Both the position numbers and the translations under genes were made by a program. From a virus (Duplodnaviria; Caudoviricetes), in IMG/VR virus record IMGVR_UViG_3300015360_000023, positions 96,001 through 160,000 of that record: a stretch of DNA of 64,000 nt. One strand, 5' to 3'. The notes under the pieces were generated by a model. It was not told where the DNA came from. It saw only the letters and a program-made list of their open reading frames with translations, and searched no databases. Positions 45,956 to 56,631 of the stretch are shown one piece after another; the stretch's first letter is position 1, and each line of letters starts with the position of its first letter.

Positions 45956-47235
45956 TAGGTGCCTAAAGGTAGAAGACTATATGGTAGAACTGAGCCATCC
46001 CATGGCCATAATACGCCGTTTCCTACGTGTATAAATTCCCCATTATCACCTATCAAATGGAAGGCGGGGAAGATGTTACTCGTAAACGCAATAGGTCTTA
46101 ATTTTGCTCTTGCTAAAGAATATTGGCCTGCCGCAGAGATGGTGGAAATAATAGCTTCTGAGTAAAATACTTTACCTAATCTTGATGTTGCGGCGAGGAG
46201 ATTAGTTAAGTTAGGGCCTACTGTGAATGCTGTGCCCGTAACACCATCACCTACTAAATTCTTTGTCATTAATTGGCAGGTTCTTGTAGTTCCATCAAAA
46301 CCTACCATAGCAAAATTATTAGTATGAGAGTCAGTGGCTACAGATGCAAGAAGGTTATTACCAGCCACCATTATAGTTAGCGGGTTAGTATCTTGTGCTT
46401 GTGTATATATTCTTTTTGGTATAATATTATAAAAATACAGCCCAGCATTATTTGTATTAGGAGTTCTAATATGACCTATGAAGAAATCTTTATCTGCGAT
46501 CAATGTTATGTTTCCGATAACATTAGATGTAGTTCCTGTAAAATTTGAGCTAGTAGGGGTTCGTTCTGTTAAAGTTGTTCCGGTAAAAGCTGAACCTGTC
46601 CATGTGCCAGCAGGAGATCCTACCATACCAAATTGTCCAAATGGAGTAGAAGAGCCTCTTAATAACATTTGAAATTGACTATTGGCTTGCCCAACATTAA
46701 TGGTTGATGCTCCCGATAGAGTTCCAACCCAATAATTTCCGCTAGCGATACCTAATTGAGATGCTGCTATTACATCAATAATTCTATAATTAAGAGCAGA
46801 GCGAGATGTTAAGTTATTTTTAAGAGTAGTAATATCTCTAGTGCCGCCACTAAATGGAGCAATAATCATTTGAGTGGCGCCTAAAACATTGATAATTCTG
46901 TAAATAGAATTATCAGTACTATCTGTATCAGTATGAGACCAGATAGTAATATGTTTACCAATCATAGATGTACTGAAATTGCCTGACAAAGAGACAAAAT
47001 TAATTCCCAAATCAGAAGTAACGCCATCATTTCCCGTAGCTAAAACTGATGCCCCTTCAAAAAAACCAGCAGGCGCGCTGGTTGGAGTGGTTGGCATACC
47101 ACCTGGAGTAGTTAATGAAGAAGTTCCATTAACACAATATCCCCAAAATTCATAGCAAATTCTCATGAAAATAGGAATATCACGACCGTTAGTCGATGTA
47201 GTGTATTGTAATCCTCTTAGATATTTTCTAGCCAT
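45955..47235 (-). CDS. Family B scaffold virion protein (B3), no inserts
   Basis: YEFWGYC, NYRIID, GQANSQF, LIADK, Y.LAR, PWD motifs shared with 50368 and 53445. TAATG overlap with A3. Confidence 0.8.
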   Translation of the reverse strand: MARKYLRGLQYTTSTNGRDIPIFMRICYEFWGYCVNGTSSLTTPGGMPTTPTSAPAGFFEGASVLATGNDGVTSDLGINFVSLSGNFSTSMIGKHITIWSHTDTDSTDNSIYRIINVLGATQMIIAPFSGGTRDITTLKNNLTSRSALNYRIIDVIAASQLGIASGNYWVGTLSGASTINVGQANSQFQMLLRGSSTPFGQFGMVGSPAGTWTGSAFTGTTLTERTPTSSNFTGTTSNVIGNITLIADKDFFIGHIRTPNTNNAGLYFYNIIPKRIYTQAQDTNPLTIMVAGNNLLASVATDSHTNNFAMVGFDGTTRTCQLMTKNLVGDGVTGTAFTVGPNLTNLLAATSRLGKVFYSEAIISTISAAGQYSLARAKLRPIAFTSNIFPAFHLIGDNGEFIHVGNGVLWPWDGSVLPYSLLPLGT

Positions 47236-47244
47236 GAAAGTTCC

Positions 47245-47820
47245 TTATTCTATCCAACGTGATACTATAACTATATTAACTAAATTATTTCCACTTGGCG
47301 GTGTTTTGAAGACATCTCGCTCTACATTAGCTGGATGACGACCAGGTACTGGATCAAATAATTCTGGACGGCCAGTAATATTTTCCGAAATAACCCAAGC
47401 TTCCCATGAAGATGTTAAAGGGTTCCATCCCTTTAGTTTATAATAAATAGTTTGATCTTTAGGGTGATCAATAACAGAATTAATATCTATATCAAATAAA
47501 GATTCTTCAATTGGTTGTTCGTACTTTCCCCAATTGGTATTGTATCCAGTATATAATTCATTCTTAAATGAATCTACCATGTTATCAGAAGTGACGCCGC
47601 CCCAATTTGAGTTGTATCCAGCATATGGTTGATTAAAAAATGGTGAGTTTACGTTTTGATTATCGTAAGATCCCCAATCTAGCATATAGCCTTGGAACAC
47701 TCCATCTGTAAACTGTATAGGAGTAGTGCCCGCATAGCCATCCCAATGATCACCAGTACTAGGTAAGCTAAATCCATCGGAAAATGATAATAGTATGTTT
47801 GAAGTTTGTGCTATTGCCAT
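47245..47820 (-). CDS. Small acidic virion-associated protein with C-terminal YYK module
   Basis: Internal repeats GYNSNWG and GYNTNWG; YYKLKGWNP...PPSGNNLVNIVIVSRW. Confidence 0.75.
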   Translation of the reverse strand: MAIAQTSNILLSFSDGFSLPSTGDHWDGYAGTTPIQFTDGVFQGYMLDWGSYDNQNVNSPFFNQPYAGYNSNWGGVTSDNMVDSFKNELYTGYNTNWGKYEQPIEESLFDIDINSVIDHPKDQTIYYKLKGWNPLTSSWEAWVISENITGRPELFDPVPGRHPANVERDVFKTPPSGNNLVNIVIVSRWIE

Positions 47821-47829
47821 GATTTCCTA

Positions 47830-50355
47830 TTATGGAACAACCGCTGGACCATTCCACGGTATGTAGATTCCTCTTCTTAAATGCTGCCATTGTCCACCGC
47901 GTAATACCGTTCCTCCAGAAGTAAAAGCACCATTACCAGTTGTACCATTTAATGTAAAATTAGTGCTATTTATAACGGTTATAATAAACGTTCCATTCGC
48001 ATTAGTGTTTCCGCCAACGCTATGAATTGCTACTGATTGACCAGTTATTAATGTGTTTGCAGCCGTAGTTGTTATCTGAATTGGTGAAATACCGTTTCCT
48101 GATGTAGTTTGAACCGACCAAGTTGAATTATCTGTTGTTAAAGTATATTCTGCAAAATTTCCTCTTCCTACTTTAATAATTGGAAGCTGCCCCAAAACTT
48201 TTGGATAGAAAGCAAGTGCTTGTACTGGAGTACCGCCGTTCCACGAGTAAACAGTTCCAGCAGTTAGGTCTACTGGTAATAACTCTGTGGATGAGGTAAA
48301 TGGACAATCACCGCCGTTGGCATCGTACATTGGTCCCGCTCCTTGATTATTACTGGTTACATATGCCAACATGGATGGATGACAAGAAATAGGAGATTCA
48401 TGAAATGTTATTCCTTGTATTGGTGAAATGCCGTTAGTGTAGCCTACTTGCAGAGAAACATCATTTCCAGTGCCGTTACCAACATCTCCACGAGTATTAC
48501 CTAATACATATAGTCTTCTTATTGGTTTTATTGGTAGTGGCACCGGCTCATTATCTGGCAAACCAAATGTTACAAGAAAAGAGCGTGGACTTGTAAGATT
48601 TGAGGCTCTTCTCATAATCATAGTAACGGATTGTCCAGTATCATCGCCAATAAGCGTATATCTCATTACTTGACCAGAATTACCTGCATCGTCACCAAAT
48701 CCATTACCACCAGAATAGTCTTGATTTGCTACATTACCAGTGAGATTAAAGAAATTTAAATTATGTAAAGAATCTCCTCCAATTGGGAAGTCGCCAACAC
48801 CATTTCCACCAAAACCGGGGGCCGCACTTATTGGAGCGCCAGCACCGTTAAAAATGTTACGAGCACTATCAGCAGTTGATTCGTTACAAACTCTAACCTG
48901 CCATGCCAAAGCATGTGGACTTTGAAGAATGATTCGCGGAGTAACTGAGGATCCTACGCTATTATAGCCGCTAGTTCCGTTGCCAGCCCCATTTTGTGGA
49001 GCGCTTGAATCTCTCTCGTATAACCACCACATAACGGTATCGTTAGCTTCTACAATAGCTGCATCACCGTTTCCACGATAATCAATAACATACTTATTTT
49101 GATTGGTGATAGATTGACCAGTTACTAAAGTTCCAGTACCACCAGTTGCGCTAGTAAATGCTTGTTGCGTAACAGCTCCGCCTGTAGTCATGGCTCCAGT
49201 TCCACCAGTACATCCTGTGAAACTTGTTCCAGTAGTTCCTGAATAAGTAACTGTTTGTAAACCAGCTCCAGTAGTTACCGTGATAACACCGCTAGCAAGA
49301 AATCCCGTTGTTGAAGCGACGTTAATGGTTGCTTGGGGCAAGGATTGGCCGTTAGAGCCAGACGCAATAGTAGTATTAGCATTAGTAACGGTGCCATATG
49401 TAATTGTTTGAAAACCATTACCAATAAGAACTGTTCCTCCCGTAAATGTTGTGCCCGTGCCGCCCGTACAACCAGTAAAGCTAGTTCCAGTTATTCCAGT
49501 ATAAGTTATTGTTGAAGTTCCAGCAGATGTACTTAATAAAAAGGTTCCAGTAGTTGGAAATCCTGTTGTAGAAATTACGTTAATAGTTATGGATGCTGGT
49601 AATGATACAAGATTTCCAGTAGTCATTGTACCAGTACCACCCGTACAACCTGTAAATTGGGTTGCATTAGTTCCAGTATAAGTGACTGTTTGTGTTCCAG
49701 CACTAGTCACAACTGAAATAGTTCCGCTTGTTGGAAAACCAACAGTAGAGGCTACGTTAACATTTCCATTTGGAAGTGCAACACCATTAGAGGCAGACGC
49801 GGTCGTAGTAGTAGTACCAAAAGTAACAGCATTTGATGTAGATGCAACAGTGGTGCTTGCCCCCACAAAAAAACTTCCGCTTGTTGGAAATCCTGATACA
49901 GAGTTAACGTAAATTGTTCCTTGTGGAAGCGATACGTTATTTGATCCACCTGTAATAGTTGTTGTATTTCCTTGTTGAATTGAAGTGATACCAAAAATGC
50001 CAGAATTACTTGTAGGATATCTAGTACTTTTAATAACTAATGTTCTACCAATATCAAATGAAGTTACAGTTTTAATATTAAGTGGTATTTGTACCTCAAT
50101 ATTAGCGCCATTATTAGCTATACCCACTCTATTGCCACCTGGGAAAGTTGGAGCGGAAGCTGTAGGAGTGGTATCTCCAGAGGCGATTAGTAATGAACCG
50201 AAATTATTGATTGGATAGTTGGTGTCACCGACGTAAGTGTACCCCAAAATTCTACGTAAAAATAGAACTAATAAATATGACGATATGTATGTTCTAGCTG
50301 TGCTAGAAGTGCCTGTTGAAGTAGCGTTATAATCTCTGCAAGTATAGTGTGCCAT
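47830..50355 (-). CDS. Family A scaffold virion protein (A2) with about four TFTG modules and one FCCH-like module
   Basis: Core as A1/A3; repeated INVxSTxGF...TYTG...FTGCTGGTG units. Confidence 0.8.
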   Translation of the reverse strand: MAHYTCRDYNATSTGTSSTARTYISSYLLVLFLRRILGYTYVGDTNYPINNFGSLLIASGDTTPTASAPTFPGGNRVGIANNGANIEVQIPLNIKTVTSFDIGRTLVIKSTRYPTSNSGIFGITSIQQGNTTTITGGSNNVSLPQGTIYVNSVSGFPTSGSFFVGASTTVASTSNAVTFGTTTTTASASNGVALPNGNVNVASTVGFPTSGTISVVTSAGTQTVTYTGTNATQFTGCTGGTGTMTTGNLVSLPASITINVISTTGFPTTGTFLLSTSAGTSTITYTGITGTSFTGCTGGTGTTFTGGTVLIGNGFQTITYGTVTNANTTIASGSNGQSLPQATINVASTTGFLASGVITVTTGAGLQTVTYSGTTGTSFTGCTGGTGAMTTGGAVTQQAFTSATGGTGTLVTGQSITNQNKYVIDYRGNGDAAIVEANDTVMWWLYERDSSAPQNGAGNGTSGYNSVGSSVTPRIILQSPHALAWQVRVCNESTADSARNIFNGAGAPISAAPGFGGNGVGDFPIGGDSLHNLNFFNLTGNVANQDYSGGNGFGDDAGNSGQVMRYTLIGDDTGQSVTMIMRRASNLTSPRSFLVTFGLPDNEPVPLPIKPIRRLYVLGNTRGDVGNGTGNDVSLQVGYTNGISPIQGITFHESPISCHPSMLAYVTSNNQGAGPMYDANGGDCPFTSSTELLPVDLTAGTVYSWNGGTPVQALAFYPKVLGQLPIIKVGRGNFAEYTLTTDNSTWSVQTTSGNGISPIQITTTAANTLITGQSVAIHSVGGNTNANGTFIITVINSTNFTLNGTTGNGAFTSGGTVLRGGQWQHLRRGIYIPWNGPAVVP

Positions 50356-50367
50356 GATAAAACCTTA

Positions 50368-51960
50368 TTAGTACGGGAACCAAGTATATGGTAAGACCAC
50401 TTTATCCCATGGAAGAGCAACTCCCTGATTTAAAAGAATAAAATCACCATCACTGCCGCCATTAAATCTTGTAAAAACCTTCATAAAGCTATTTGCGAAT
50501 CTTATTTTTTTAACTCTAGCTCTAGCTAATGAATACTGATTTACAACTCCAACTAGCGAAAGAAATCCGGTTGAGTTAGCTAGTTGACCAGTAACTAGAT
50601 TAGCCCCGGCCCTAATATCTACTAATGAATTTCCAGGTACTTTAGGTAATTGTGTTGCTGAAACTTGAAGTCTATCTGTATCTCCATCACCTATTAAGGC
50701 TTTTACAGACATACGATGGTTACGGAAAACTCCATCATTGCATCGCATGACAAATCCACCACCGTATCCATATGTCGTGCCCGTTGAATTGAAAAAATTT
50801 GGGGAGGATGGGTTACCATATCCATTTATTTGAACTGCGAACGGATTAGGATCTTGTGTTTGAGAATATAATCTTTCTGGTATCTCCCAATGAAAGTGAA
50901 ATCCATTTGAAGATGCATGATTTGAATCTTTACCATATACTATTAAAAATTCTTTATCACCAATTAATGTTATAGTACATTGACCGGCAGAAGTGGTATT
51001 TTGCATAGAATTACTGCTATTGGCGGATGCGAGGTTTGGGAGAATAGTACTACTTCCATCTACTCCAAATGCAGTTCCGTTCCAAGTTCCATTAGGAGAC
51101 ATTCTAAAATCTAATCTTTGATTAGTGGAGGCAACGAATAATTGAAGCTGTGGATTAGCTTGCCCCGGATTTACAATAGTTCCATCTAATTGAAACACTA
51201 TGAAATTACCATCAGCAATACCTGTAAACGCTCCCGCAACAGTAACATCAATTACTCTGTAATTAATTGACGATCTATTTGTAAATGAGGGCCTATAACC
51301 ATCATTACCTGAACTTGGAGTTCCACCATTGTTAACATTTACAACTATATTTGTTGGAGATTTAAATGCAATTATGTTGTAAATAGAGTCTTCTGAACTA
51401 TTAGATCCTGCTTTCCAGGTTACCAATTGTTTACCAACCATACTAGCAGTAAAAGGTCCGCTAGCAGCAGTAAAATCTTGATAACCATCCATTCTATAAA
51501 TGGTCGTTGCAGTAGTAGCTCCGTCAGTTCCAACGGTCATTAAACTTGAACTTGTAACGTTGTCACCAGTGGTCATAGTACCAGTACCACCAGTACAACC
51601 AGTAAAGGTTGTGGCACCTACACCAGTGTATGTTATAGTTTGTGTTCCGGTTGTAGTTTTTACGAAAATAGTTCCAGAAGCTGGAAATCCTGTGGTGGAA
51701 GCTACGTTAATAGTTCCCTGGGGTAAAACGGCTCCGTTAGAAGCGACAGCAATAGTAGTGGCAACTCCAAGAAAGTTTGCTGGCAAAGCTCCACCAGTAG
51801 GGGTAGTGGCAGCGAATGCATTTGTACCAGGAGATCCAACCGAAGCGCCCCCAAAAATACAATACCCCCAGAATTCATACATTATTTTAAGAAAGTATGT
51901 CATTCTGGCAGTTGTACTTCCAGTAGAAAAATTTAGTACTCTAACGAACTTGGTTGCCAT
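50368..51960 (-). CDS. Family B scaffold virion protein (B2) with one TFTG module
   Basis: YEFWGYC, MVGKQLVTW, SSEDSIY, NYRVID, HWEIPERLY, PWD; inserted INVASTTGF...TFTGCTGGTG. Confidence 0.8.
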   Translation of the reverse strand: MATKFVRVLNFSTGSTTARMTYFLKIMYEFWGYCIFGGASVGSPGTNAFAATTPTGGALPANFLGVATTIAVASNGAVLPQGTINVASTTGFPASGTIFVKTTTGTQTITYTGVGATTFTGCTGGTGTMTTGDNVTSSSLMTVGTDGATTATTIYRMDGYQDFTAASGPFTASMVGKQLVTWKAGSNSSEDSIYNIIAFKSPTNIVVNVNNGGTPSSGNDGYRPSFTNRSSINYRVIDVTVAGAFTGIADGNFIVFQLDGTIVNPGQANPQLQLFVASTNQRLDFRMSPNGTWNGTAFGVDGSSTILPNLASANSSNSMQNTTSAGQCTITLIGDKEFLIVYGKDSNHASSNGFHFHWEIPERLYSQTQDPNPFAVQINGYGNPSSPNFFNSTGTTYGYGGGFVMRCNDGVFRNHRMSVKALIGDGDTDRLQVSATQLPKVPGNSLVDIRAGANLVTGQLANSTGFLSLVGVVNQYSLARARVKKIRFANSFMKVFTRFNGGSDGDFILLNQGVALPWDKVVLPYTWFPY

Positions 51961-51971
51961 TATTTACTCTC

Positions 51972-53435
51972 TTATGGGATTAAGTTTGGACCATTCCATG
52001 GAATGTATAGTCCCCTTCTTAGATGTTGATATGATCTTGCAAAATCTGTTGTAGGGGAGAAATCTCCAAAGTTTGAGCGCCCTTCTCTAAGGTGAGGGAT
52101 AGTGCCAATTGTTCTTGGAGCAAATGGATAAACTGAAGCGTTTTGTCCACTAGAAACAACCCCCCATCTATCTAGTGTTGCTTGCATAATGTCTATTGGT
52201 AACACTTCTGTTGAGCTAGTAAATGGGTTATCTGTAGAAAGACTATCGAAAATAGGACTAGCTCCTTGAGAAACGCCAGTTACGTAAGTCCACATTGCGG
52301 CGGAAGTAACACAAGGAGTTCCGAATGGTGTAGATCCCATTCCCTGTGATGATCCTCTAGAAAGGAAAAAGGAGCCCGCAGGAGATCCTAGCATTGCGAA
52401 TAACGCACCATCATTAATGCATCTAGATCCAAAACCATCGCTACCTGTAAATCCAGTACCAAGAACAAATAATCTAGCATGATTATTAACTGGTAATGGA
52501 GATGGTTCATTTTCAGCAAGTCCTACACAAAGAATATTAGAATCTGGTAAGGTTCCATTACCAGGACGACGGCAATACATTACTACGCCTTGTCCAGTAT
52601 CATCTCCAATTAATGTTAATCTGAATTGAATTCCAGAATAACCACCATCTCCAAATCCCGGAGCGCCCCCTAGAAAATTAGTACTACTGCTATTGTACCA
52701 CATTGGAGCATGAAAGTGCTTTCCAAATGCAGCAAAATCTCCAGCACTATTTCCACTAAATCCTGGTGATACAGTCATTGCTGGGCAGTTTCTAGCCGCC
52801 AAATCAGTTGCCACATCTCCCGTGCTTTCGTTACAAATTCTTACTTGATAACCAGTTACATGCGGACTCTGTAGAATTATTCTTGGAGTAGTAGAATTAC
52901 CATCTCCCCTATACTCTGTTGATGTTTTAATAGAATTAGGTGCGCCTTGAGATGGGCAATTTAAGTCTTTTTCATATAGCCACCATTGAATGGTATCCGT
53001 AGCTTCAACTGGAGGTTTATCTCCTAAAGTTCTATAATCAATAACATAAGAGTTTGTAGATATCTCAATTCCTACAATCAAGAAAATTCCAGAGTTGAAA
53101 GTAGGATTAGCTGTACTTTTAAGAACAAGCAACCTTCCAATATCATTTCCTGTGACAGATCTAACGCTAACAGGAATGGAAACATAAAATTCTTTTTGAG
53201 TTCCAATATTGATTCCAGCTTTATTGCCCATAGGAAAACTAGCAGCACCAGTTGGGTTAATATCACCAGTAGCAATTAATAATGTTCCAATAGCGTTAAT
53301 TGGATAGTTAGTATCTCCGATATAAGAGTATGATAATATCCTTCTCATAAATATAGATAAAAGGTATGTATAAACATATTGTCTAGTTGTAGATATGTTT
53401 TGAGTTAGATAATCTCTGCAAAGGTGTGTAGCCAT
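51972..53435 (-). CDS. Family A scaffold virion protein (A1), no inserts
   Basis: HLCRDY, GDTNYPIN, YVIDYR, WWLYE, PRIILQSPH, LIGDDTGQ, PFTSSTE, YQHLRRGLYIPWNGP. Confidence 0.8.
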   Translation of the reverse strand: MATHLCRDYLTQNISTTRQYVYTYLLSIFMRRILSYSYIGDTNYPINAIGTLLIATGDINPTGAASFPMGNKAGINIGTQKEFYVSIPVSVRSVTGNDIGRLLVLKSTANPTFNSGIFLIVGIEISTNSYVIDYRTLGDKPPVEATDTIQWWLYEKDLNCPSQGAPNSIKTSTEYRGDGNSTTPRIILQSPHVTGYQVRICNESTGDVATDLAARNCPAMTVSPGFSGNSAGDFAAFGKHFHAPMWYNSSSTNFLGGAPGFGDGGYSGIQFRLTLIGDDTGQGVVMYCRRPGNGTLPDSNILCVGLAENEPSPLPVNNHARLFVLGTGFTGSDGFGSRCINDGALFAMLGSPAGSFFLSRGSSQGMGSTPFGTPCVTSAAMWTYVTGVSQGASPIFDSLSTDNPFTSSTEVLPIDIMQATLDRWGVVSSGQNASVYPFAPRTIGTIPHLREGRSNFGDFSPTTDFARSYQHLRRGLYIPWNGPNLIP

Positions 53436-53444
53436 TATTTTCCC

Positions 53445-55070
53445 TTAAGCTCCAAACAATATAAGTTGATGTGGGATGATTGCATTGTCCCAGGGCCAAC
53501 AAATACCGTTTTGCATCTGTATAAACTCGCCATTTAAACCAATTCTGTGATGCTTTGGTACGTGTGTTCCTGTAAATTTAACTGTTCTTAATCTAATTCT
53601 CGCAAGTTGATATTGATTAGTAATACCAGGAAGACATAGTAGTCCATCAGAAATTGGAATAGTTCCCGCAATCGTATTATAACCAACTCTATAATCGCTT
53701 AATGATTGACCGAATACATCAGGGGTGCCATCACCTCTTAAGGCCTTGACTAGAGTTCTGTATGGTCTATTAGTAACGGCATCACCGCTATGAGTGCGCA
53801 TAGTAAATCCGCCACCATAACTTCCACTTGTACTACTAGTATTTAAACCGTTAGTAGTCGTAAATAGAATTGCCATTGGATGTAAATCTTGTCCCTGGGG
53901 ATAAAGTCTGGTTGGTATTTCAAAATGAAAACTTATTTGAAGGTTATTTTGAAATAAATCTTGCTCTCTAACATGACAAAGCATAAACGTTTTATCTGCA
54001 ATCATAGTGATGGCAGTCTGTCCACCAGAATAGGCTGCGTTGGTATTAGGATTAGCCGCAAAAAAAGTGGCATATCCATCATTTTGAAATCCATTATAAA
54101 CTGTACCGCCGCTAGTATAAGTACCATTACCAGTAGTTGTTCCAGGTACGGTACCATAATACAATCCTCCGCTGCTAACGCCAGCAAGTCCTGATAAAGA
54201 AAAAGTATTTGCTCCAGTAGAAGTTACTAAGAACATACCATTAGCATTGGTATTGCCACCAACACCAGCAATGTTAACTGTTTGTCCAGTTATAAATCCA
54301 TGTGGAGTAGAAGTAGTAACTACAATTGGTGATACGCCTGCGCCGGTTACTGAAGATACGGTTAATGTTGATCCATTCCAAGAGCCAGAGCCAGACATAC
54401 CGGCAGCCCACAAAGCGCTTGATGTATTTCCAAAATTAGTTGTATTTGCACTAGTATCCCATTGTTGAGTTAAAGAAAATTGGGAGTTTGCTTGGCCCGG
54501 ATTAATACTAGATGCATCCGTTTGAAATACCATAAAAGTACCATTAACAAATCCGGCGACCGCCCCAACAACCATATCTACAATCCTATAATTTACTCCG
54601 GTTCTTGCAGTCATCGATGGATGCTTAGTAGATGCATTAGGTGTACCACCTGTGTTAATATTAATCATTAATTGAGTAGCAGAAATTACTCTAGTAATTA
54701 GATAAATAGAGTCTTCAGAACTATTGGAGTTAGCCTTCCAAATTACTATAGCTTTACCTACCATAGCGGTATTAAATGTAGCAGAAGCGGATGTGAATAT
54801 GCAATCTCCGCTGAATAAATCTCCAGAAACGGCATCGTGAGAGCCATCTGTCCCAGAAGCTAGTAAGCTAGTGCCACCCGTAAAGTTGGTTGGAAAATTA
54901 ACTCCATTTGTTGGAAATCCGCCAGGAATAGTTGTGGAGGCCGTTCCATTGACACAAAATCCCCAGAATTCATAGGCCCATTTCATTCTCCATGTAACAC
55001 CACCAGTTCCACCAGCGAAAGTATTGTTGGCATTTGGGTAAACCATTCCTCTAATAAATTTCATTCCCAT
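53445..55070 (-). CDS. Family B scaffold virion protein (B1) with one FCCH-like module
   Basis: YEFWGFC, MVGKAIVIW, SSEDSIY, GQANSQF, MIADK, HFEIPTRLY, PWD; inserted SPIVVTTSTPHG...NANG...YTSGGT. Confidence 0.8.
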   Translation of the reverse strand: MGMKFIRGMVYPNANNTFAGGTGGVTWRMKWAYEFWGFCVNGTASTTIPGGFPTNGVNFPTNFTGGTSLLASGTDGSHDAVSGDLFSGDCIFTSASATFNTAMVGKAIVIWKANSNSSEDSIYLITRVISATQLMININTGGTPNASTKHPSMTARTGVNYRIVDMVVGAVAGFVNGTFMVFQTDASSINPGQANSQFSLTQQWDTSANTTNFGNTSSALWAAGMSGSGSWNGSTLTVSSVTGAGVSPIVVTTSTPHGFITGQTVNIAGVGGNTNANGMFLVTSTGANTFSLSGLAGVSSGGLYYGTVPGTTTGNGTYTSGGTVYNGFQNDGYATFFAANPNTNAAYSGGQTAITMIADKTFMLCHVREQDLFQNNLQISFHFEIPTRLYPQGQDLHPMAILFTTTNGLNTSSTSGSYGGGFTMRTHSGDAVTNRPYRTLVKALRGDGTPDVFGQSLSDYRVGYNTIAGTIPISDGLLCLPGITNQYQLARIRLRTVKFTGTHVPKHHRIGLNGEFIQMQNGICWPWDNAIIPHQLILFGA

Positions 55071-55113
55071 CTAAAACTCCTCTAAGTAAACAAAATACCT
55101 AAATATTAGGTGG

Positions 55114-56622
55114 TCATGCGGCCCACCACTCAATTATCTCGATATCGCTATAAGGCCCTCCACATGGAAATACTGGCGCATTATCTAGTCTAATTGTAGT
55201 ATCTACCCAAGTTACTGGTGTCGGAGTAGAACAAGATAAATCATAAACTCTTAGCTTATAATAAACGATTTGATCTGTTAATTGATTTGGTAGTGCTCCA
55301 TAATTATAAATTTGCTGAAAATATGATAAAGGCCTAGCAATATTAGCTATTCTAAGATCAGAGATCATAAAATTAGCTTCTTCCTTTGTTGGAGAGGAAG
55401 TTACTAAATATGGTGGAGTAGCTCCAATTGCTAAATATCCTGAGGCGGAGCTTGTAGGAGTAAAAATTAATCTTGTGTTAGCTGCTGGGATTGTAGTAGC
55501 ATTACTAAAAACGGTACTTTTACCACCTGCTGCACTTTGTATACCAATAGACACTGTATTAACAGAGGTAGAGGTTGTATATAAAGTTTCATAAACATCT
55601 AAACCTTCAAAAAATTTGATTTCGGCATTTAGAGTACCTCCCGCCAAAGAGTTCATTCTCCATTCAATAATAAATGTTCTATTTGGGGCACTTCCTACTG
55701 TAGTGGTAAAAATACCTAATCCACCACCACTCGTAGTAGTATCTCTCTCACAAACGTTAATAAGGGGACCTAGTCCAGCATTCGGTAAGCTAAAACCAAA
55801 TGCATTTGTATTTTGTCCAAATTCTACAAATCCATTAGAAGAAGCAAAAACAGACGAATAAGAAGCTCCATATAAATTAACAGTAAATGGTAAGCTTACT
55901 GATGTCATTACTTCATCTCCATGATTTCCAATATCATCAACTCCTGGAATATAAGTCCCTGTAGAAGAAGTAATAGCATAACTGACATCATTATATACTA
56001 TTGATTGAGTTGTTGCCGCTAATGTATTTAATTGAGTAGCGCCGCTATATCTTATTAACTGACAGCCGTTTAAATAAGCTCTAATATTGGTTCCATCATG
56101 AGTCATTCCTATATGATTCCATTGTGCCAATGGCATTGGAAAATCTGTAATGGTCATATTAGTCTGAGTAGTTGCTGAGTTACTAAAGCCAAAATATAAA
56201 TCTTGTCCGCTGTTTGTGGAAGCATTTGATATTTCAAATGAGAAGAAGGGGGACGCAGAGGTATTGGTAATAGTATGATCTCTAAATAGTTTTCTTACAT
56301 ATTGTTGAAAGCTACCATTGTTAATATACCCTCTTTGATTAAGCCAGAAAGATAATGTAAATGGTGGTTGTGGATTAATAGTATTGGCGCCAAAGATATA
56401 ATTTCTAGTAGCTGATGCGCCAGTTGGATAGTTACCAGTTCCAGGAAACCACGGACAATTTCCACCATGAATTCCGGTTGCTGTTCTTATTATTGTTCCT
56501 GATACACTCAAATCAGTTAAACTATTATTAGGTGAAGTAACCCCTGTATTTCTATAAACGCCTGAGGTTTCATCTAATTTATAAACTAGTATGTCATTTG
56601 AGTCTGGATTTACTTTAGCCAT
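55114..56622 (-). CDS. LamG/ConA-like protein with inserted nidogen(NIDO)-like domain and C-terminal YYK module
   Basis: FTLSFW, WNHIGMTHDG...AYLNG, SDLRIANIARP; insert SLPFTVNLYG...SSNG...GSAPNRTFIIEW; tail YYKLRVYDLSC. Confidence 0.7.
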   Translation of the reverse strand: MAKVNPDSNDILVYKLDETSGVYRNTGVTSPNNSLTDLSVSGTIIRTATGIHGGNCPWFPGTGNYPTGASATRNYIFGANTINPQPPFTLSFWLNQRGYINNGSFQQYVRKLFRDHTITNTSASPFFSFEISNASTNSGQDLYFGFSNSATTQTNMTITDFPMPLAQWNHIGMTHDGTNIRAYLNGCQLIRYSGATQLNTLAATTQSIVYNDVSYAITSSTGTYIPGVDDIGNHGDEVMTSVSLPFTVNLYGASYSSVFASSNGFVEFGQNTNAFGFSLPNAGLGPLINVCERDTTTSGGGLGIFTTTVGSAPNRTFIIEWRMNSLAGGTLNAEIKFFEGLDVYETLYTTSTSVNTVSIGIQSAAGGKSTVFSNATTIPAANTRLIFTPTSSASGYLAIGATPPYLVTSSPTKEEANFMISDLRIANIARPLSYFQQIYNYGALPNQLTDQIVYYKLRVYDLSCSTPTPVTWVDTTIRLDNAPVFPCGGPYSDIEIIEWWAA

Positions 56623-56631
56623 GTTATCCTT

